From an uncultured delta proteobacterium (GTDB lineage: Bacteria; Desulfobacterota; Binatia; HRBIN30; BPIQ01): 64,000 bases of DNA. The notes under the pieces are model-generated. The model saw only the letters and a program-made list of their open reading frames with translations, searched no databases and had not been told where the DNA came from. The stretch is from the NCBI GenBank assembly GCA_963761335.1, contig CAVXGR010000015.1:128001-192000 (forward strand). The letters are read 5' to 3'. Both the position numbers and the translations under genes were made by a program. Below are positions 60,443-64,000 of the stretch, piece by piece. Numbering within the stretch: the stretch's first letter is position 1; every line of letters begins with the position of its first letter.

Positions 60443-62463
60443 GCTTCGTTCTGCTGGTCGTCGCCGCGGCGACGTTGATTGCCGCCGGGCTGTGGATCGA
60501 GGTTCACCTCGACGCCCTCGTCGATCTCATCGGCGCTCAGCTCGGAGCTCCATCGGAGCGCTGGTTGTTGGCGGCGATGCAGCGCTTGCACCCGGCGGTG
60601 GTCGGCATCGTTCCGGTGTTCGCCGGCAGCGCGCTGCTGGCGTTCGCTCTCGGTGTGCCGCCCGGGACGCGCCCGCTGCCGACCGCATCGCCCGCGTCTT
60701 TCCGCGGCGTGTCGACGCGGTCAGGATGGCCGCGCTCCCTGGGGCTGCGCGGCGTGCTCGCCGCCCTGTCGCTGCTGCTTGCCGCCACCGAGATCGTCCT
60801 GCTGCGCCGCGCCGATCCCGGCGACGGGGCGATCGCCGCCTGGCTCGCCGCGGCGGCGACGGCGCTGATCGCCGCTGTGCGCGCCGACCGCGAGCGCGGC
60901 ACGTCGCTGGGCAGCCCGTTTCGCGGAGGGTGGGAGTGGGCGGCGGTGATCACGATGGCCGGCGCCGCGCTCTGGCTCGTCGGTCACGACCTCTCCAGCT
61001 GGCGGTGGTCGGGGACCCCAGACGAGGGGGCCTTCTTCGGAGGCGCCATGGGCGTCATCCGCGGGCAGGTGCGCACCTTTCCGCTGTCGGAGGACGGCGT
61101 CTTCGGATTTCATCCGCTGCTGTCCACCTACTATCAGGTCCTGTTCATGCACGTCTTCGGTATGGACGTCTTTGGCTGGCGCCTGTCCTCTGCCTTTGCC
61201 TTCGCGATCTCGCTGCCGTTTGTCTATCTGCTGATGCGGGAGATCCACGGCCGCGGCGCCGCTCTCAACGCCGTGATCCTCTTTGGAACGGCACAGCTGG
61301 CGGTTGGCTACTCTCACTTCGGCTACAACAACGTCCAGGTATATCCGATCGTCACCGGGTCGCTGGCGCTGTTCGCCTGGTCATTGCGTCGCCGCAGCCT
61401 TCTCGGCTACTTCCTGACCGGGGGCATACTCGGGCTCGGGTTCTTCACGTATGACACGGCGCGATTCGGCGTCGTGCTGATCCCGCTGCTGGCCTGGGCA
61501 CTCGGCGGTTGGCGGCGATTCTGGGGCGATCGCGCCGCGGTGGGGGCTCTGGTCGCGGGGCTGATCCTGGTGGCGCTGCCGATGCTGCTCCAGCTCGACG
61601 AGAGCGTCCCGCGCATGTTGCGCCTGGCCGGGCTCATGGACTCCACGTCGCCGCAGGTCGCCGGTGCCTGGCGGGTGCCGGCGCTGCCGAGCGCCGTGGA
61701 TATCGGCTGGCAGTGGCTGCTCGCCATCTTTCACGGGGTGTGGTCGGAGAGCGGTCATTTTCAGACGGTACCGATCGTCGATCCGTTCTCGCTGGCTCTG
61801 TCGATTGCCGGGCTCTGCTTGGGTGGCGCGGCGATCGCGCTTGGGCGCCGCGATTTTCTCGCTCCCGCCTATCTGCTCTCGGCGTTCGCGGTCGGCGCCG
61901 TGTCGCCGTATCCCCAGCCAGCTCTCACCCGCGTCCTCTTCCTCTCGCCGTTCACCGCGATGCTGGCGGGGGCGACGCTCGATTGGGGGCTGTGGCGGGC
62001 GCGCCAGGTCCTGGATGCGCCGCGTGCCGTCGGGCGTCTCGGAGCGGCGGTGCTCGCCGCCGCGGTTGTCTGGAACGTGGCGATGTTGAACTACAACGTC
62101 TACGGGCGCTTCTACGGCTACGGCGACGGCACCACCACGGAGCTGTTGCGCATCGTGGAGCAGCTTCCGGACAGCTGCCGCATCGTCTACATCCAGGCCG
62201 GCGACTCCTTCATGATCGGCGCCGACAACTTTATAGACGCCTACGGCATGAGAAACCGGTCGAAGTACATCTGCCCGTACACCGACGAGGTGCCGCACCT
62301 GCTTGCCCACCTGCGGCCGCCCTTCGTCGTGCTCTACCAGCTGTCGTCGCCGCCCCAGAAGCGGGCCGTCGAGCGGGTCCTGACCCTGCGCTTCCCCGGC
62401 CGCTACTGGCGGACCTCCTCCCCGGGGGAGCCGTGGAGCCTGCGCTACTTCTACGTTCCATGA
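60355..62463 (+). CDS. GT-C fold (ArnT/PMT, GT39-like) membrane glycosyltransferase
   Basis: Many TM segments, DE motif (TPDEG), HPLL and GWRLSSA. Start uncertain. Confidence 0.7.
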   Translation: MGADCGEALLAAGAGDPSLRDSRPRRRQLSFVLLVVAAATLIAAGLWIEVHLDALVDLIGAQLGAPSERWLLAAMQRLHPAVVGIVPVFAGSALLAFALGVPPGTRPLPTASPASFRGVSTRSGWPRSLGLRGVLAALSLLLAATEIVLLRRADPGDGAIAAWLAAAATALIAAVRADRERGTSLGSPFRGGWEWAAVITMAGAALWLVGHDLSSWRWSGTPDEGAFFGGAMGVIRGQVRTFPLSEDGVFGFHPLLSTYYQVLFMHVFGMDVFGWRLSSAFAFAISLPFVYLLMREIHGRGAALNAVILFGTAQLAVGYSHFGYNNVQVYPIVTGSLALFAWSLRRRSLLGYFLTGGILGLGFFTYDTARFGVVLIPLLAWALGGWRRFWGDRAAVGALVAGLILVALPMLLQLDESVPRMLRLAGLMDSTSPQVAGAWRVPALPSAVDIGWQWLLAIFHGVWSESGHFQTVPIVDPFSLALSIAGLCLGGAAIALGRRDFLAPAYLLSAFAVGAVSPYPQPALTRVLFLSPFTAMLAGATLDWGLWRARQVLDAPRAVGRLGAAVLAAAVVWNVAMLNYNVYGRFYGYGDGTTTELLRIVEQLPDSCRIVYIQAGDSFMIGADNFIDAYGMRNRSKYICPYTDEVPHLLAHLRPPFVVLYQLSSPPQKRAVERVLTLRFPGRYWRTSSPGEPWSLRYFYVP

Positions 62464-62532
62464 CTTCGACCTCCCGGAAGGGGTCGGGGCATGCGCCGAC
62501 CAGCTCGCGCTTCCCCGAGGTGCGAGATTGTC

Positions 62533-62591
62533 TAGGGGGCAAAGTAGAAGCGCCGTCCCGGCGCTTCCGAAGCGGCGAGACGCCGCTTCTA
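62533..62591. repeat. GTAG-type REP doublet, copy 2
   Basis: Reverse complement of 43911-43971. Confidence 0.75.
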
Positions 62592-62788
62592 CGTCGGAGC
62601 GCCGGTCGGTACAGTTGGCGTGCTGCTAAGTGATCCTCTACCTTTTCGGGCGATCATTTTCCGGACGGACCGTCCAAACCGTAGCGGCGAGGGGGCCGGG
62701 CGGGAGCCTGCGCACCTGGAAACAAACTTGGGGTACCCGGCGCGTCATGTGCTATACGAATCAGATCGATTACCGTCCGGGGGTGCCA

Positions 62789-63175
62789 ATGACTGAACGA
62801 CTGATCGCCGTTTCTCGCCTGCTCGCTCTCACCGCCGCCGCATCCATTCTCCTGCTGTCACCCGCGATCCGCGCCGGCTCGGCCGCGGATGCGCCGGCTC
62901 CCCCAGGCCAGCGCGTCGTCGTCGATCCGGACACCGGTCGCATCGTGGCGCCGCCCCCGCCGGCAGCGGCGGTGGCAGATGAAGCCGCGGCCGCTGCGCC
63001 GGCGGCTCGCAGTCGCTCCGATGTCGGTCTACAGGAAGTCCCGATGGGGGGCGGCGCCGGCGTCAGAGTTGACCTGCGGGGGCGTTTTCGCACCTATATG
63101 CGCGCCACCCGCGAGGCGGACGGATCCTTGCACACCGACTGTGAGTCGGGCACGGCAGCGGGCGCGCCGCGATGA
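62789..63175 (+). CDS. Secreted hypothetical protein (post-PEP-CTERM-1-like)
   Basis: Signal peptide; motifs VVVDPDTGRIVAP and VDLRGRF; ATGA-coupled to the downstream peptidase. Confidence 0.6.
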   Translation: MTERLIAVSRLLALTAAASILLLSPAIRAGSAADAPAPPGQRVVVDPDTGRIVAPPPPAAAVADEAAAAAPAARSRSDVGLQEVPMGGGAGVRVDLRGRFRTYMRATREADGSLHTDCESGTAAGAPR

Positions 63176-64000
63176 TCGGCGCTCCACGGCTGCCGATGCG
63201 AGTCCTGGGAATGCTCGGCGCCGCCTTGCTGATGGCGGTGACCGGAGCGCGGGCCTCGACGATAACCATCGTCAACCTCGACGGCGCCAATGAGGGCTTC
63301 AACGATGCGACACCGGTGTCGCCCGTCGGCGGCAACACCGGCACGACGCTCGGGCAGCAGCGGCTCATCGCCTTCCAGTTCGCCGCCGACGTGTGGGCGT
63401 CTCGCCTCTACAGCGACGTCGAGATTCGCGTCGAGGCGCAGTTCAGCTCCATGTTCTGCAGCAGCGGCAGCGCCATTCTCGGCGGCGCCGGCGCCATCGA
63501 GGTGTTTCGCGACTTCGCCGGAGCGCCGCGCGCGGCGACCTGGTACCCGGTGGCGCTGGCCAACAGTCTCGCCGGCGTCGACCTCGATCCGGCCGGCAAC
63601 GACATCTCCGCCGAGTTCAACAGCGACATCGATCACCAGTGCCTGAGCGGTATCGACGGCTGGTACTACGGCCTCGACCACAGCGCCCCGTCGGGTCAGC
63701 TCGACTTCGCTGAGACCCTCTTGCACGAGCTGGCGCACGGGCTCGGCTTCAGCGACTTCGTGAGTCTCTCCACCGGGCAGAAGTTCTTCGGCTACGACGA
63801 CGTGTACATGCTCAACCTCGAGGATCACACCAGCGGCAAGCTCTATCCCGACATGACCGATGCCGAGCGCGTCGCCGCCAGCAAGGACACGGGCAACCTG
63901 CACTGGGTCGGGGACAACGTCGTGGCCGCCGCCGGGTTTCTCTCCTCCGGCCGCGAGCCGATCAGCGGACACGTCGAGATGTACGCGCCCAATCCGCAGG
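63172..64000 (+). CDS. Secreted HExxH metallopeptidase-like protein (3' truncated by window edge)
   Basis: Signal peptide; motifs EGFND.TP..PVGGN.GTTLGQQRL, WYYGLD and LHELAHGLGF. Not in the ORF track because no stop falls in the window. Confidence 0.8.
   Translation, partial: MIGAPRLPMRVLGMLGAALLMAVTGARASTITIVNLDGANEGFNDATPVSPVGGNTGTTLGQQRLIAFQFAADVWASRLYSDVEIRVEAQFSSMFCSSGSAILGGAGAIEVFRDFAGAPRAATWYPVALANSLAGVDLDPAGNDISAEFNSDIDHQCLSGIDGWYYGLDHSAPSGQLDFAETLLHELAHGLGFSDFVSLSTGQKFFGYDDVYMLNLEDHTSGKLYPDMTDAERVAASKDTGNLHWVGDNVVAAAGFLSSGREPISGHVEMYAPNPQ

Overview
GC-rich bacterial chromosomal window. The gene repertoire suggests a deltaproteobacteria-like lineage such as Binatia, but this is inference only. 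Positions 1-43.7 kb and 57-64 kb are mostly core or metabolic genes: purB, purH-purD-purE-tsaC-DUF1015, thiS-thiG-thiE, rpoD, a SelD fusion, a SPATA20/YyaL-like protein, a LOG-family protein, PrpD plus a fused MdcD-MdcE carboxyltransferase, ADH, ALDH, a HelD-like helicase, an ABC1 kinase, YhaO/YhaN, a DAACS symporter, an M20 peptidase and several secreted proteins. An accessory region spans about 44.0-57.1 kb. It holds at least four same-strand attC-like sites with no integron integrase in the window (CALIN-like), two toxin-antitoxin cassettes and a HigBA-like remnant, an IS91-type Y2 transposase remnant, an IS1380 inserted into an attC core with a TTAG duplication, a 734-aa predicted nuclease-PIN protein (candidate defence gene), and a three-gene carbamoyltransferase / GT32 / GT25-sulfotransferase-like-GH16 module. 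A 127-bp duplication of the 3' end of the DAACS gene brackets about 12 kb of this region. Several REP-like and tandem-inverted intergenic repeat families are present. No rRNA, tRNA or CRISPR array was recognised. Family calls come from motif recognition by eye, not database searches.
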